Positions 1 to 12,436 are shown, numbered from the stretch's first letter. The stretch: 64,000 bases of DNA from Chloropicon primus (GCA_023205875.1 CP060766.1:186001-250000); one strand, 5' to 3'. The notes: a model not told the origin generated them from the letters alone. Translations and numbers: made by a program.

Positions 1-1974
1 TTCACAACGAAGCTGAGGCAAACACCTCAGGTAAGAACTTTTTCCTCTACTTTTGCTCGAGAGGAAGGAAGGAAGGAGCGCTGTGTGGATTTGGATTGGA
101 CTGACTTGCTCTCGACATAATAATCTCTCTCTATCTCTATCTCTCTTGGTTTTTGTTGGCAGGTCGAGGCGGAGGAGGTGTTCGACGACTTCATAGACAA
201 TCTTCCCCTCGCGAAGAAGTACTTGCTGAGAATTGAGGGCCGTCTCCCATGGGAGCAGCAGGCGAACAAGGGCAACGCGACGGAGGAGGAGGCGGCCTTC
301 CACCGCATTCATATGCTGCACACCCAGTTGCACACTTTGTGCACCAACAGCAAGCAGGCTGCCGATTTCATTGGGCAGAGGGTAAGAGATCTGCCGAAGA
401 GCACCATAGATACTCTTCTGTCCCTGTTGGACCAGCTGAATGACTTCAACTTGAGCGACTACATCCGCCTGCTGGTCTACTGCGCGGACAAGACGAAGAA
501 GAAGGGAAGGAAGTCGAGGCCAGAGACGAGGGAGGAGAAGGTGGAACAGGAGAGGATGATCAGGTTCACGCGGCTGAGGAGGGAATCGATAAGGAGGTCG
601 GTGAACCTGAGGGCCAAGCAGACTGAGAACATGCCGCTAGAAAAGTTCGTGAACGTGATGACGAGGGCCAGGGGCCATAGCATCAACAGCCACCCCTACA
701 CCCCGCCGTCTCGACCGGTGAGCCCGAACAAGAAGAAGAAGGATCGGATCAAGAGGCTGAAGACGCCCCCGGCGGGCTCGGGATTCTTCTCGACCTCGTC
801 CGCCGACTTAGTGAGGGACTCTCTGCTTTTCGTTCAGAACGAGAGGGACCTGAACCACACTCCACTGCCGACGGGGAACACGCTCAAGGACAGGTTCCGG
901 ACGGCTGGCGCTGCCATCGCCGGCTTCTTCAATCTGGACATGGAGGAGGCCGACGAGAATGAGAACGTGCAGAGGGTTTCCACGCCAGAGAGGCTGGGAA
1001 TTAATCTCGACGACCACGAGGCCCTTCAGATGTATTCCGACCAGTGCATCAAGAGCGGCATCTCGCGCCACCCCAAGGTTCTCTTCCAGCTGGCTGGGGA
1101 GGCTTTGGAGCTCGAGGGGTGCCACCTGGGTAGAAAGGGGATGCTCCCCATCATCGAGACCCTGAAGCAGTCCTCCACCCTCAAGCTGAGGAGGATCAAC
1201 TTCGTGGATAACCACGTCACGCCCTCGCTGTGCGCCATGCTGGTCTCCGTGCTGACCACGAACCACGACCTCTTCGTGAACCACCTCGACCTGTCGTTCA
1301 ACAAGATCTCGGACGCGGGTTGCGGATCGATCGCGAACATGATCGCCTTGGCGGACAGGGACCCGGACGACGAGCTCCACTCCCTTTTCCTGGTGTCGTG
1401 CGACATCGGGCCGAAGAGCCTCAGCAGGCTGTTTTACTCCCTGAGCGACAACTTCAACTTGCAGACGCTGGACATCTCGAAAAACGTCTTGGACAAGCAG
1501 GCCGCGGGTCTTCTGGGCAGCTCCCTGCTCACGAACACCACCCTCGTCAGCTTGACCATGCAGGAAGTCGGGCTGAATGTGGCCCACATTCAGAAGATGA
1601 AGGAGGGCCTGGCCAAGAGCAAGTCCTTGACCTACCTGGATCTCTCCCAGAACCTGGGTGTCGGTTCGCCGGGAGCCGTGCTGATCTGCGAGGCCCTGCT
1701 GGACAACGACAAAGTGGAGCTGGTGAACCTGTGCAAGTGCCAGATCGACAGCAAGGCCGGGCCGACCCTCGCGGACTTGGTCATGCTGAGCAAGTCCCTG
1801 GAGGACCTCAACCTGTCCTACAACATGCTGGGAGAGACGGCGGTCTTGGCCCTGAACCTTGCCGCCCAGCGCCAGAGGTTCGGCACGGAGGTTTCCGTCC
1901 ACCTCTACGACTGCTCGTCCCCCAAAAAGTACCCGGACGGCAAGAGCACCTCGAGAAGGACGCTGTCTCCCTAA
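1..1974 (+). CDS. RNI-like leucine-rich repeat protein, 5'-partial (exons <1-30, 163-1974)
   Basis: Long ORF with LxxLxLSxNxI/L repeats (LDLSFNKI, LDISKNVL, LDLSQNL, LNLSYNML); phase-0 intron 31-162 (gtaaga...ggcag) joins an open upstream frame. Confidence 0.8.
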
Positions 1975-2011
1975 GTAAGGGCACATTCATTCGTTTGGTT
2001 TGGTTTGGTTT

Positions 2012-2038
2012 TGTGTGTGTGTGTGTGTGTGTGTGTGT
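2012..2038. repeat. (TG)n microsatellite
   Basis: Seen directly in the 3' flank of the LRR gene. Confidence 0.95.
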
Positions 2039-2761
2039 ACAATCATAATTAATGACCGTCGTCGTCGTCGTCGTCGTGCGCGCGGCGAGGGATCCAACAT
2101 GTAACACTTGCTGTATTCTAATTGTTTCCACCTTAAAAGAGAGAAGAGAAAACTCCCTCTCTGGTGAGAAGAGCCGAACCACCTGTCTCTGCAGAAGAAT
2201 CAATCCGACGGCCTCTCCCGATCCATCACATGAATTGACATGAATCAAAAAAGTTTTGCTCTTGCCCTCCGTCGTCCAGTACCTCGTCGACTTTCTGAGG
2301 ACGAGGAGATCGTTTTCGTTTTCGTTTTCGTGAAACAAATCCGAGGTACGGAAGCAAGCACAGCAAGCAAGCAAAGATGCATCGGTCGTCATCCAACAAC
2401 GGCAGTTCCGCATTCATGCATTCATTCATGCATGCACCACGTTGTCGTCGTCTTCCTCCAGCCAAGCAAGCCAAAGCTTTGAGACCCCGCAACTCAGCAG
2501 ATCTTTGATTTTCCGACGGCGGAGAATCAAATCGGATCAGAACCCAAAAACAAAAACGAGAGGCTGACAGCGCAGCAGAGAAGGAGAAGGCTTCTGTTGT
2601 TGAGTGACAGGTGGAAGGGACGCGAGGAGAAGGCTGAGGTTGAGGTTTCGTCCCTCGGTCATTATTTTTTTTTGATACGGGTCTCGTCTTAATATCTTAC
2701 GTTTGCTCTTCTTCTTCAAGAAGCCGTTTTGAGTTGGATACGCACGATACAACAAAGCGTC

Positions 2762-3688
2762 ATGAGCGCAGCCAAGTTGGTGAGACCTAACCTAAGCGTG
2801 GCCAGGAACATGAGGGCGAGTCAGGCCGCTGGTGGTCCTGCGCGTTACGCGAGGAGCGAGCGGTCGAGCGTCCTCGTGGAGCGCTCGAGTTCGAGGCCGC
2901 TGAACTCATTGGCCGTCAGGGGATGTGGCTGGAACGTGCAGCACCACCACAAGAAGGCGTTCAGGCTGTTCTCTACCTTCAAGTCCGAGGCGAGCGGAGA
3001 CATGACGAGTCAGGACTTCAGGATCTTCTTCAAGGACTCGTCGAGCAAGGTGGTGTCCCCGTGGCACGACATCCCGCTCAAGAGCGGCGAGGGGACCTTC
3101 AACTTCGTGTGCGAGATCCCGAAGGAGACCTCCGCGAAGATGGAGGTGGCGACCGACGAGAAGTCCACCCCGATCAAGCAGGACATCAAGAAGGGTAACT
3201 TGAGGTTCTACCCTTACAACATCAACTGGAACTACGGCCTGTTCCCGCAGACCTGGGAGGACCCGGGCCACATCGACAAGGACTGCGAGGTCGCGGGGGA
3301 CAACGACCCAGTGGACGTGGTCGAGATCGGCTCCAGTCAGTTGGAGATGGGTGGCGTGTACGAGGTCAAGGTCCTGGGAGTTTACGCCATGATCGACGAC
3401 GGCGAGCTCGACTGGAAGGTCATCACCATCAACGTGAACGACCCAAAGGCCGACAAGGTGAACAACGTCGACGACATCGAGAGGGAGTTCCCAGGGGAGC
3501 TCGAGAAGATCTTGATCTGGTTCCGCGACTACAAGATGCCCGACGGCAAGCCGCAGAACAAGTTCGGTTACGACAACAAGTGCCTTGACAAGGACTTCGC
3601 CCTCAAGGTCATCGACGAGACCCACGAGTTCTACAACAACTTGAAGTCCGGGGCCCGCGAGAACACGGAGGAGCTCTCTCTCTCCTAA
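2762..3688 (+). CDS. PPA: Family I soluble inorganic pyrophosphatase, organelle (probably plastid) targeted
   Basis: SPWHDIP, WNYGLFPQTWEDP, GDNDPVDVVEIG, IDDGELDWK and WFRDYK motifs; Ser/Arg-rich N-terminal transit peptide. Confidence 0.95.
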   Translation: MSAAKLVRPNLSVARNMRASQAAGGPARYARSERSSVLVERSSSRPLNSLAVRGCGWNVQHHHKKAFRLFSTFKSEASGDMTSQDFRIFFKDSSSKVVSPWHDIPLKSGEGTFNFVCEIPKETSAKMEVATDEKSTPIKQDIKKGNLRFYPYNINWNYGLFPQTWEDPGHIDKDCEVAGDNDPVDVVEIGSSQLEMGGVYEVKVLGVYAMIDDGELDWKVITINVNDPKADKVNNVDDIEREFPGELEKILIWFRDYKMPDGKPQNKFGYDNKCLDKDFALKVIDETHEFYNNLKSGARENTEELSLS

Positions 3689-3718
3689 ACTCGCCTTGCA
3701 AAAATAAAGAACATCCAT

Positions 3719-3723
3719 TGTAA
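3719..3723 (+). terminator. TGTAA polyadenylation-type signal (example)
   Basis: TGTAA, the known chlorophyte near-upstream element, recurs shortly after stops on the coding strand: + 3719, 11146, 19404, 54481; - 16390, 40249, 46042. Confidence 0.65.
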
Positions 3724-3729
3724 CAACCA

Positions 3730-3933
3730 ACCAATGCTGCCTCTGCCCTGCTCTGCTCTGCAGGACACAGAGAGAACAAGCAGCTTGGTCAGAATGATTC
3801 CAAGAGGGTTACCGTGGCTTCCAAGCGTTTCGTGGGATGATTCACTTTCGTTCACTCACACCCTCCCTTCCCATCACCTCTGACCCCACCAATGCTGCCT
3901 CTGCCCTGCTCTGCTCTGCGGGACACAGAGAGA
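3730..3933 (+). repeat. 46-bp direct repeat (3730-3775 and 3888-3933, one mismatch)
   Basis: accaatgctgcctctgccctgctctgctctgc[a/g]ggacacagagaga occurs twice, 158 bp apart. Confidence 0.9.
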
Positions 3934-3945
3934 GCGAAGATCATC

Positions 3946-4779
3946 ATGGCGACGAGGCTGATCGATGCGAAGACGGTCCTGGTGACGGGAAGCAACCGCG
4001 GCATAGGGCTTCAGTTCGTGAAGCAGTTCCTGTCCAAGGGGAACCATGTCGTAGCCACCGCAAGGAACGTGGACAAAGCGACGGAGCTGCAGAGGCTCGT
4101 GTCGGAGAACGAAGGGAAGCTGACGGTGGCTCCTTTGGATCTGTGTGACCCGGAGTCCATAGCCCGCTTGCCGAGTGAGATACCTTTCGAGCGCGTCGAT
4201 GTGGTCGTCAACAATGCAGGTGAGTCTCACGTCTCCGCCTCGTGACGAAGGTGTGTCCACTGACTTGGATCTCTGTCCATGCGCTTCTCATCCTCAAACC
4301 TTTCAATCAATCGTCGTCGTCACGGACTGAAAGGAGTTTCTGCCAACTTCAGGTCCCTCGAGGATACCAGCTCGGGGGTGATGATGGACACGTTCAGGGT
4401 CAACACCGTGGGTCCTCTGCTCGTCGCTCAGGCTATGGTGGCATCCGGAAAGTTTGGCGGAGGGGATGACAAGGCGATTCTGGCGAACGTGACGAGCAAG
4501 ATGGGTTCGATAGATGATAACGGATCTGGCGGTTCGTATGCGTACAGGGCGAGCAAGTGCGCCCTCAATATCGTGACCAAGTCCCTGAGCATTGACCTGC
4601 AGGACAAGAACATTGACACGATCCTTCTTCACCCCGGCTGGGTAAGGACGGACATGACCAACGGCAGGGGCTTGATCGACGACGTGACTAGCGTGAAGGG
4701 AATGATTTCCGTGCTCGAGGACCAGCCCGAGCTGAATGGCAAGTGGTTCGATTACAAGCACGAGGCGATTCCCTGGTGA
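3946..4779 (+). CDS. Short-chain dehydrogenase/reductase, C-factor (CsgA)-like (exons 3946-4219, ~4334-4779)
   Basis: TGSNRGIG Rossmann motif, NNAG, YAYRASK (YxxxK), LHPGWVRTDM; intron gtgagt...aag restores the frame. Confidence 0.92.
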
Positions 4780-5601
4780 GGACTCTCGTTGATCCGTCTC
4801 CCTGCGCGTGCGTGTGTAATAAATAATCCGTCCAAACTCGTGCGCAGGGCCAAGACCACCCACTGATGGATGAGCTTGTGGCCGCATCATCTCCACCACA
4901 TCAACGCGCACCTGAACTCTTTGTTTGCCGGGGCTCCTTGGAAAGAGGAAGGAGGGAAGGTAACCTTCCTCAAGGACCACTCCTCTCGGCCTTGCCCACA
5001 CCTCCACCCCCACCTCTATCCTCCTCGTCCTCCCCCTTCCTCGTCTTCCCTCAGCTCAATCCTTTCAAGTGAGGGCTCTTTGGAAAGAGGAAGAGACAGG
5101 GAATCAGGCAAAGGGGTCCTCCTCCCGCCCCTTGGCACCTTCCCCTCGATCACCCCCCTCCTCCCTCCTCCTCCCTCCTCCCCCCTCCCTCCTCCCTCCT
5201 CCTCGAGAGGAGTTTTCCGTTTGAATCCCTCGTTTCTGTCACTTTCTTCAAGACGGCATTACTACCCTCCTCTCCCTCCTTCCATCATCACCCCATCGTA
5301 TTTCCTTAATCAAATCCAAGATGCCGGGGAAAGAGCGTATGCTCCATTACCCCAACGACCAAGGCGACCACCTTGAGCAAAGGCGCGACCTTTGGGCGGA
5401 GTCAGAGCAAGGTAGACCGCCGCAGAAGCAAAGGAGGGCGACACATTGAGGTAGAGGAGCTCGCGAGCTTTCCGCACATACCTCACTTGTAGCATTTTGC
5501 CTCAGGGTGAGAGAGTACGGCGTCAGGAGGTGTCGTGGCTCGACAGAGAGAGAGAGAGAGAGAGCAGAGGGGTGTAGGAGGGAAGGACGAAAGGAGTGAC
5601 C

Positions 5602-6534
5602 ATGGCGGAGAACGTTCCACAAGGTGCCGCCTTCGATAGGTCGTACAAGGAAGAGACGAGCTTTATCAACCACGTACCGAAGACGAGAGAGGAAAGAGAA
5701 GCACTGCGAGACAAGGACAAGCTCGAAAAAGTCAGACTCGAGGTAAGTTTTTTGGACGTCAAGGTGACGGGCCCAAGCATGGAATGCTTGCGGATGCTCG
5801 GTCCCTTCTCCTCCTTGCCTTGGCAAGGGGCCGCCCTTCTGACGAGAAGGATTCTTTTCGTTTGTTTTTGGTCTTGGAAACCGTCTTGACTTGACCCAGG
5901 ATCGCAAGGGATGTTACTACAAGTACGACGGGAACTCGGAGGACAACATCCTGCTGCCACCGCAGAACTCGTTGGCTTACCAGGATGACACCGAGAGGTT
6001 CTATCGCGACTTTGCGGCGGAGGAGTACGGCAGAAGGCTGGAGAAGAAGTTCAAAGACGACGAGCGCTACGCGAAGAAGAGGGCTGAACTCAGCGAGAGA
6101 GAGGTAGAGCGTTGGAACAAGATGGAACGGGAGTACGTGGAGAACGAGGCCAAAGCGGAGGCTTTGCAAGACAGTAGCGCGGCGAAGAGAAACGCCAGCA
6201 GCGTCAACTACAACGTCATCACCTTGAAGTACGCCAACACTCACGGAGGACAGCTCTTGAAGTACGAGGTAAGTAGAAAGAGCAACAACAACAACAACAA
6301 CAACAACAACAAGGAGAGTCGTGTTGCGTGGAGCCTAGCAGTCTGACCAGAACGTTCTCGGCGATTTTCTCCCTTTGCGCCAAACAGGATGATACCATTC
6401 GCTACCGAGCAACGCTGAGAGGCAGAGCCCTGGAGCAAAAGATGTCGAGCGTGGAGTACGACCTCCTTACCGGCGACGCAAAGATAGACAGGGTCAAGGT
6501 GTCGGACAAACCAGAGCCACCCGTGGCAAGTTGA
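5602..6534 (+). CDS. Coiled-coil protein of unknown function, possibly axoneme-associated (exons 5602-5742, 5900-6268, 6388-6534)
   Basis: Two gtaagt...cag phase-0 introns join three ORF pieces into one frame; repeated YNVITL/YDLLTG-type motifs. Confidence 0.7.
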
Positions 6535-6690
6535 ACAGGGAAAAAGGGCAGCGAGCAGGCAAGGCGGAAGACGAAAGCCGTTCCGATGTTGTTGTCCAAT
6601 TGTTTTTGTAATTCACTTGAAAGAGAAGACGCAATCTGGATTTTCCAAAATGCAAACCGAGCGTAAACTACAACCAAAGCTTGTTGTTCT

Positions 6691-7704
6691 TCAGAACGGC
6701 GGAGGAAACTTGTCCACCTGCTTCTTGACCTTGGACTCGTACTCTTTCAAGTTCTTCGTGTAATCAACGTACGCCTCTGTCTGCGCGGGACTGTTTGGGT
6801 TAGGGTCCGTCAGTAAGTCCTGAATGCCTTGAAGAATCTGCTTAATGTTAATGGAGGGTACCCAGCCCTCATCCTATTTGCGAGTAACAAATGCAGGGAG
6901 GAAAAGGAGCGAGCACAAGGGTCAGCCGCGAACGAGCAGTCCCGATCACCCGGCGAGCGTACAAAGGCCAGCAAAACAAATATGTTTTGTCGTCGCGTCG
7001 CGTCGCGTCGTCGGCAACTCACCTCATTTAGAATACTCAAGCAAACTGTGCCCGAAGGATATACGTTTGGGTGGTAGAAGTTCGCTGGAAAGCGACACTG
7101 TTCAATCACCACAATGCAGAGAAAACAATCGCCAAGTCAGCCAACCCCATTCCCCATCCTCTCTTGTTCTACCACCAGGTCGAGCTTTTCTCGCAAGGAG
7201 GCTCCCCCTCGCCGATGCTTCTCGTTCTTCGTGGCGTCCAAGGAGCTCTCAGGTATGTTCCATCGCATTGCGCCGACTCACCTTTGGAGGCTTCTGAGGA
7301 TAGTCTTCTGGAAACTCCATCCCGATTGGATAGTACCCTCCCTCCCAGATGGTGTCCTTCCTTCCCGGTATGTGACACTTCCACTTCATCAGGTTCTGGA
7401 CACCGTCATTGGTCTCCGGCCTCGCGAAGAAGCCTGGCGGATGGTCCTTCCTCCAGCGCTGCAAGAAGCGGCGAACACCAAACAAGTTTTGACTTACGTT
7501 AGCTTCAAACAAAAACTCTGACAGACGAGACGAGGTGTGAGAGAGATCTCGATCTGGTCTGCGCGTTCGGTTTGCTCGTGACTCTTGTTTGGCATCTCCG
7601 TGGGATGGGAAGAGGAGACCCTTCTTCTGAGGGGGAAGGTACTTCGTCGTCGTTCCTCCTACCTTTCGCTCTTGGGTTATCCTTCCCCTCGCTATGCTAC
7701 TCAT
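6691..7704 (-). CDS. UBC9: SUMO-conjugating enzyme E2 (exons 7704-7663, 7458-7282, 7097-7023, 6873-6691)
   Basis: [46 protein letters not shown]; canonical splice sites. Confidence 0.95.
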
Positions 7705-7958
7705 GTTCCCTTCCCTCTCGGTGTCAGCGTCTGCCGCTTTGCTGCTGATGCGAGGACTGAGAGATTGGAGAGGCAGCCGAGCAGCAATCAGGGGGATGAA
7801 GGGGGACAAGAGAGAGAGGGGGTGATGAAAGGTACAATGGATTGCTTGCAAAGTATTATAGCTGGGGGGGGGGCTGATGGTACAGACTTAACTTAATATC
7901 GATACAATACAATACACGAACGTCGTGGGATCCCAAGAGAATCGATGCATTCGGGTGG

Positions 7959-9470
7959 TTACCGCGGCCCTGCGGTTTTCTGTTTCCGGACGAAGAGTGC
8001 CAAGAAGAAGCCGTCGGATTTGTCCTTGTTCGGGTTTACTCTGACGAGCTTATCACAGGTTTCGAACAAGGGGTAGCCCCTCCTCGGCCACTGGGGGAGG
8101 GCTTTCTCGAGCTGGAAGCCCAGCCTCTCGGCCTCTGCGAGGACCGATGCGACGACCGTTTCGTTTTCCCGAACGTGGATGGAACAAGTGGAGTACACCA
8201 CTCTCTCGACGTTTGGAAAGTTCAGGGCGTGCCTGAGACACTTCTCCTGGAAAGATGCCAGGGTGTCCACCCTTCTCTTGTCGCTTTCGCTTTGCTGCGG
8301 GCTGGAATCCGATGCCTTCAAGCCGAGGAGGTAGTCGCCCCGTGAGTGAATGGTGCCGCTGCCGCTGCACGATGGATCCAGCAAGATGGCCTTGACCGCC
8401 GCGAATTTCTTCTCCTTCCTGTGGTCCACAGCCAGGAAATCCCTGAGCTCCGGCAGAACGATGCTCCCTGCCCCGCAGTGCCTCACGTTCTTCTTCAGCC
8501 TCTCAAACCTGTTTGGGTCCAGATCAAAGGCAAAGATTTTGCCGACGGCGGCTTGGTCCCTCCCGCCCGTGGCATTCGAACCGCCGCTCGCCATGGCAAG
8601 GTGGGCCGCCAGCTGCGTGGTCTTGTTCCCGGGAGCGCTGCAAGCGTCTATCAGGCACCAAGACTTTTGGAGGGGCTCCAGGGCGTGGACTGGCATGCAA
8701 CTGGAGAGGCCCTGCTGCACGACGGATCCGTTCCTGACAAGCCTTTGGCTGTACAAGTCCGTGACCGATGCAGGCAGCTCCAGCACGTCGCCCAAGTACT
8801 TGTTTCTCTTGACATTGTCGGCGCCGTACTCCGCCGAAAGAGACTGAAACGCCTCGTCCACGGAAATCTTGAGCGTGTTCACCCGTAGGTACTTTGGGAA
8901 CGTCTTCGATTCCAGCGGGGAAAGGAGTTTGCCCCCGTCGGAGTTTGAAGAGGATGGCCTTGTCTTCACCAAGTCGTAGGCCTCAACGAGCTCAGTCTCC
9001 TGCTTCACCACAGGATTAAACTTTCTCGACTTTTGTATCTTGTCCCACTGCCCGAACAGGAGCTCGTAAACCCATACGTACACGAGACCAGCCTTTCTGG
9101 TCGTCCCCGCGCCAGAGTCCGCAAAGCTGGCTGGCTTGTCCTCCTCACCGCCGTCACCCTTGGTTCTGAACTTTCCCTCCGGAAGGACGAACTTCGCTTC
9201 CCTCAAAACTTCTTTTATGATCGTCAGGTGCTTGAGAGTCTCGCAGCACAGAGCGTAGACCTTTTTCTTGTTCTGGATCTCGTTGGCGTACACCAGCGAC
9301 TTGATAGAAGCTCCTCCCCTCCTCTGACTTTTGGCACGGAGCAGCTGGGCCACGATGTCGGCAGCTTGGTGGTGCGCCGATTGGAAAGAGCCCCCATGCT
9401 GCTTTTGGTCGCCGTGCCTTGCTCTGCCCCGAGTCTCCCCTCCTGGAGGAGAACGCCTCGGCCTCTTCAT
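7959..9470 (-). CDS. NSUN5: 25S/28S rRNA m5C methyltransferase (NSUN5/Rcm1 type)
   Basis: YLRVNTLK, IDACSAPGNKTTQLA, ILLDPSCSGSG, VVYSTCSIHVRENE; NSUN5-like N-terminus (SIKSLVY...YAL..ETLK). Confidence 0.9.
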   Translation of the reverse strand: MKRPRRSPPGGETRGRARHGDQKQHGGSFQSAHHQAADIVAQLLRAKSQRRGGASIKSLVYANEIQNKKKVYALCCETLKHLTIIKEVLREAKFVLPEGKFRTKGDGGEEDKPASFADSGAGTTRKAGLVYVWVYELLFGQWDKIQKSRKFNPVVKQETELVEAYDLVKTRPSSSNSDGGKLLSPLESKTFPKYLRVNTLKISVDEAFQSLSAEYGADNVKRNKYLGDVLELPASVTDLYSQRLVRNGSVVQQGLSSCMPVHALEPLQKSWCLIDACSAPGNKTTQLAAHLAMASGGSNATGGRDQAAVGKIFAFDLDPNRFERLKKNVRHCGAGSIVLPELRDFLAVDHRKEKKFAAVKAILLDPSCSGSGTIHSRGDYLLGLKASDSSPQQSESDKRRVDTLASFQEKCLRHALNFPNVERVVYSTCSIHVRENETVVASVLAEAERLGFQLEKALPQWPRRGYPLFETCDKLVRVNPNKDKSDGFFLALFVRKQKTAGPR

Positions 9471-9848
9471 CAAGTGTAACCTCCGCTCCAACCTTCAACC
9501 TTGCGCCCCTTGCTTCGAGCCAAGGCTTCTTTCGAAAGAGGAAGAGGTTATCCCTCGATCTCCTCGTCGTCCTCGTCCCCTCAAACCCCTCCTCCCCCTC
9601 TGGCTCGTCCAGACCTCTTACGATTGCGTTGCTTTCCTCCTCCTCCTCCTCGTCCAATCCTCACCACAGCTCCGTTTCCTTCGAGGGGCGGCTCTTTCGA
9701 AAGCCCTCGACAAGACGCTTGCCACTGTCTGGCTTCCTCCCGCACCTCCTTCCTCCTTCCGTCCCCCTCGAGCCGCTTCCGCTTCCCTCCGCTCGCCCTC
9801 TGGTGCAGACCTGGGCCGCCAGTGGGGAAGAGAAGAGTGATCGCAGCG

Positions 9849-10195
9849 ATGGCGTCGTTCATGGCGTCGTTCGGAAGACTCGCCGGCCTCGCGAGGTCCG
9901 TGCGCGAGGCGGTGGTGGTAAACTACGGCGTCGCGACGAAGGCAGTTCATGCGCAGACCAGGAGCTACGCTCCCATGAAGTTGTACAAGCCAACGACGCC
10001 AGGACAGAGGCACAAGATCACCGTGAGGAGAGACCACTTGTGGAAAGGAAAACCATTCAGAGCCTTGACGAAAGGAAAGAGGTCCACGGGAGGTAAGTCC
10101 ATGAGTCGGAGGGATCGTGCGATACCGTCGTCTTCGCCCCGTATAGACCTCGAGCAAACCTCTCTTTCCACGGAGCTCCATCCTCCATCCTCCTC

Positions 10196-10236
<41 letters not shown>

Positions 10237-11111
10237 CATGAAGCGTGAAGCGTGAAGCGTGAAGCATGAGCTGACGTGTTTTGTGTTGTGTCTGTGGATG
10301 GGTTGAAGGACGGAACAATACGGGAAGGATCACTGCGTTCCATAGGGGCGGAGGGCATAAGCGGAGGCTGAGGCTTGTTGACGTTCACAGGACTCTGTAT
10401 GGGGTGGAAGGGACCGTGAAGAGGCTGGAATATGACCCGAACAGGTCTGCAGACATTGCCTTGGTGGAGTACGACCACCCTGGGAACGTGGAGGGAAGCC
10501 AGGGGGACGAGATTGCCGACCTGCTGGCGAGCAACTCCTTTGTGAAGAAGAGGCATGCGTACATCATCGCCCCGGAGGGTCTGAAGCCCGGCGATAGAGT
10601 GGTGTCGAACGGTAAGGACGCGGCCGTGTCCCCAGGAAACGCTTTCAAGCTGAGAGACATTCCGGTGGGGGTGGAGATCCACAACATTGAGCTTAGGCCG
10701 GGGAAAGGCGGGCAGCTCGTGAGGTCCGCCGGTGTCACCGCCACCCTGATGAGGAGGGAGGCGGAGGACGGGTACTGCATTGTAAAATTACCCTCCGGGG
10801 AGCAAAGATACGTCCTCGGTGAGTGCATGGCAAGCATCGGGGCCGTTGGCAACAAGGACCACCACAACAGAAAGCTAGGCAAGGCCGGGGCAAACAGGTG
10901 GAGGGGTCGGAGGCCCGTGGTGCGAGGCGTGGCAATGAACCCAGTGGACCACCCCCACGGAGGAGGTGAGGGAAAGTCCTCGGGAGGCAGGCCGAGCTCG
11001 ACGCCGTGGGGCAAGCCCACAAAGGGCTACAGAACCAGAAAGAAAAAGAAGGAGAGCGACAAGTTCGTACACTTGAGTAGGCACCACGCGAAGAGGAAGA
11101 AATCTCGCTAA
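9849..11111 (+). CDS. rpl2: Nucleus-encoded organellar (probably mitochondrial) ribosomal protein uL2 (exons 9849-10092, 10309-11111)
   Basis: [44 protein letters not shown]; amphipathic Arg/Ala presequence. Confidence 0.93.
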
Positions 11112-11224
11112 GTTCTCGGGAAGGGCCTGCGAGAGCGGAGCGTTTTGTAACTTAATGGTAATTGGAATCGAAGATTTATACAAGCCTTCCTTGACCGCGT
11201 GCCCTCCACCAGAGGCCCTCCCCC

Positions 11225-12436
11225 TTAAACGACCCTTCCCGTGTCCGCGTAGTGCATGTCGTCCTGCTCCTGGGTGGACTTGACGTGGAGTCTGATCTCA
11301 GCCTCCTCGCAGAGCTCCTCCGCCATCTTGTCCGCCTCCTCGCCTCCCAACGAAATCACCGCGGTCGTCTCTGGCTCGTATTCCAACGTGTCGTCGTCGT
11401 CAAAAGCATCCAAGAAGCTCGAGGTGTGCACGATCGTTTTCACTCCATATTCCTTCTCCCAAGACTCGAAGAGGGCTTCGTAGCACACGCTGTCCTCGTT
11501 CGCGACCTTGTAGTAAAGCCTGACGTCCTCCCTGTAAGTGAGATCGAGGCTGCCCCTTCCCATGGAGGTCTCGATCATGGCTCTGGCCGTTCCAACGCCT
11601 TTGCCCTCTGCGCAAATCAAGATGGTCGAGTAATTGTAGACGCTCTGAATTGGCCCCCTGAAGCTCAGGCCCGATCCCAGGAACGGCCCAACCTCAACGG
11701 CCAGGCTGTCCGGGTCCGAGTCCTCCGCCTCCGGCCCGAGATCGTAAACCTCTGCGCCGTCGTCCGGTGAAACCAAGACGCTCAGGCGGGCCTTGACGTT
11801 CAGGGGCTCCTCGGGAAGCTTCGTTTGACCTGCCCTCAAGTCACCTCGAAGCTTCAGCAGGGCGGCGTGCTGGTCCTCCGCGGGAAAGGGAGCGCAAGAC
11901 GGAACCAGGGCGACCGGCTCGCTCCCTTTCACTTTAAGCTGGCAAAGCTTTCCCACGGCGCAGTACGAGTTGCGGAGCGACACCAGCTCCCTGCTCGTCT
12001 CCACCTTTCGTGATTCACGCGGCGAGAAAGAGAAAGAGTCAAGTCAGTACACGCGCGGCAGTCGACCTCGTTCGACACGAGCCAAGAGCCCGAAGAAGTT
12101 CCTCCTCCTCCTCACCTCGAGCACGAGCTCCCTCAGCTTCGGGAAGACCTCCCTGTTCTCGACAACTCGAGCGTAGTTCCACTCGGGTGTCTCCGTACCG
12201 GCAACCTTCGCCCTGTACTTCCCCGCCCTCTCGAGCTTCTCCTGCTTCATCTGCTTCAACTCGTCCACGATCTCCTCCTCGTCCAGGACGGCGGAGCCCT
12301 CGTCGGAGGGCTTCTCCAGCACACGCCTGCAAACGCTCGCTCTCCTTCGAGAGGTCGCGATCCTCGACCGGATCCCTCCGTCCGTCGCGCGACGGCTCGC
12401 GACCGCGCTTGAGCTGCAGACAACCCTCGAGGCCAT
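11225..12436 (-). CDS. Plastid FNR-like FAD/NAD(P)-binding oxidoreductase (pKIWI502-like) (exons 12436-12116, 12004-11225)
   Basis: Transit peptide; GPFLGSG, ILICAEGKGVGTARAMIE (degenerate GGTG loop), VRLYY; phase-0 intron. Confidence 0.7.

Noticed and set aside
808..1986. Long antisense and alternative-frame ORFs (also 19893-21077, 27331-28494, 32657-33808, 50162-51391, 56960-58378)
   Set aside because: Shadows of GC3-rich genes on the opposite strand; no recognisable motifs
4866..5376. Pro/Ser-rich ORFs in CT-rich DNA (also 12618-13380, 52350-53003)
   Set aside because: Translations of low-complexity promoter/UTR microsatellites
7459..7662. Stop-free introns of length 3n (UBC9 intron 1; also 17712-17831, 21997-22098, 59623-59772) as regulated intron retention
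   Set aside because: Four among ~20 short GC-rich introns is not clearly above chance, and the retained sequence is low-complexity or breaks conserved domains
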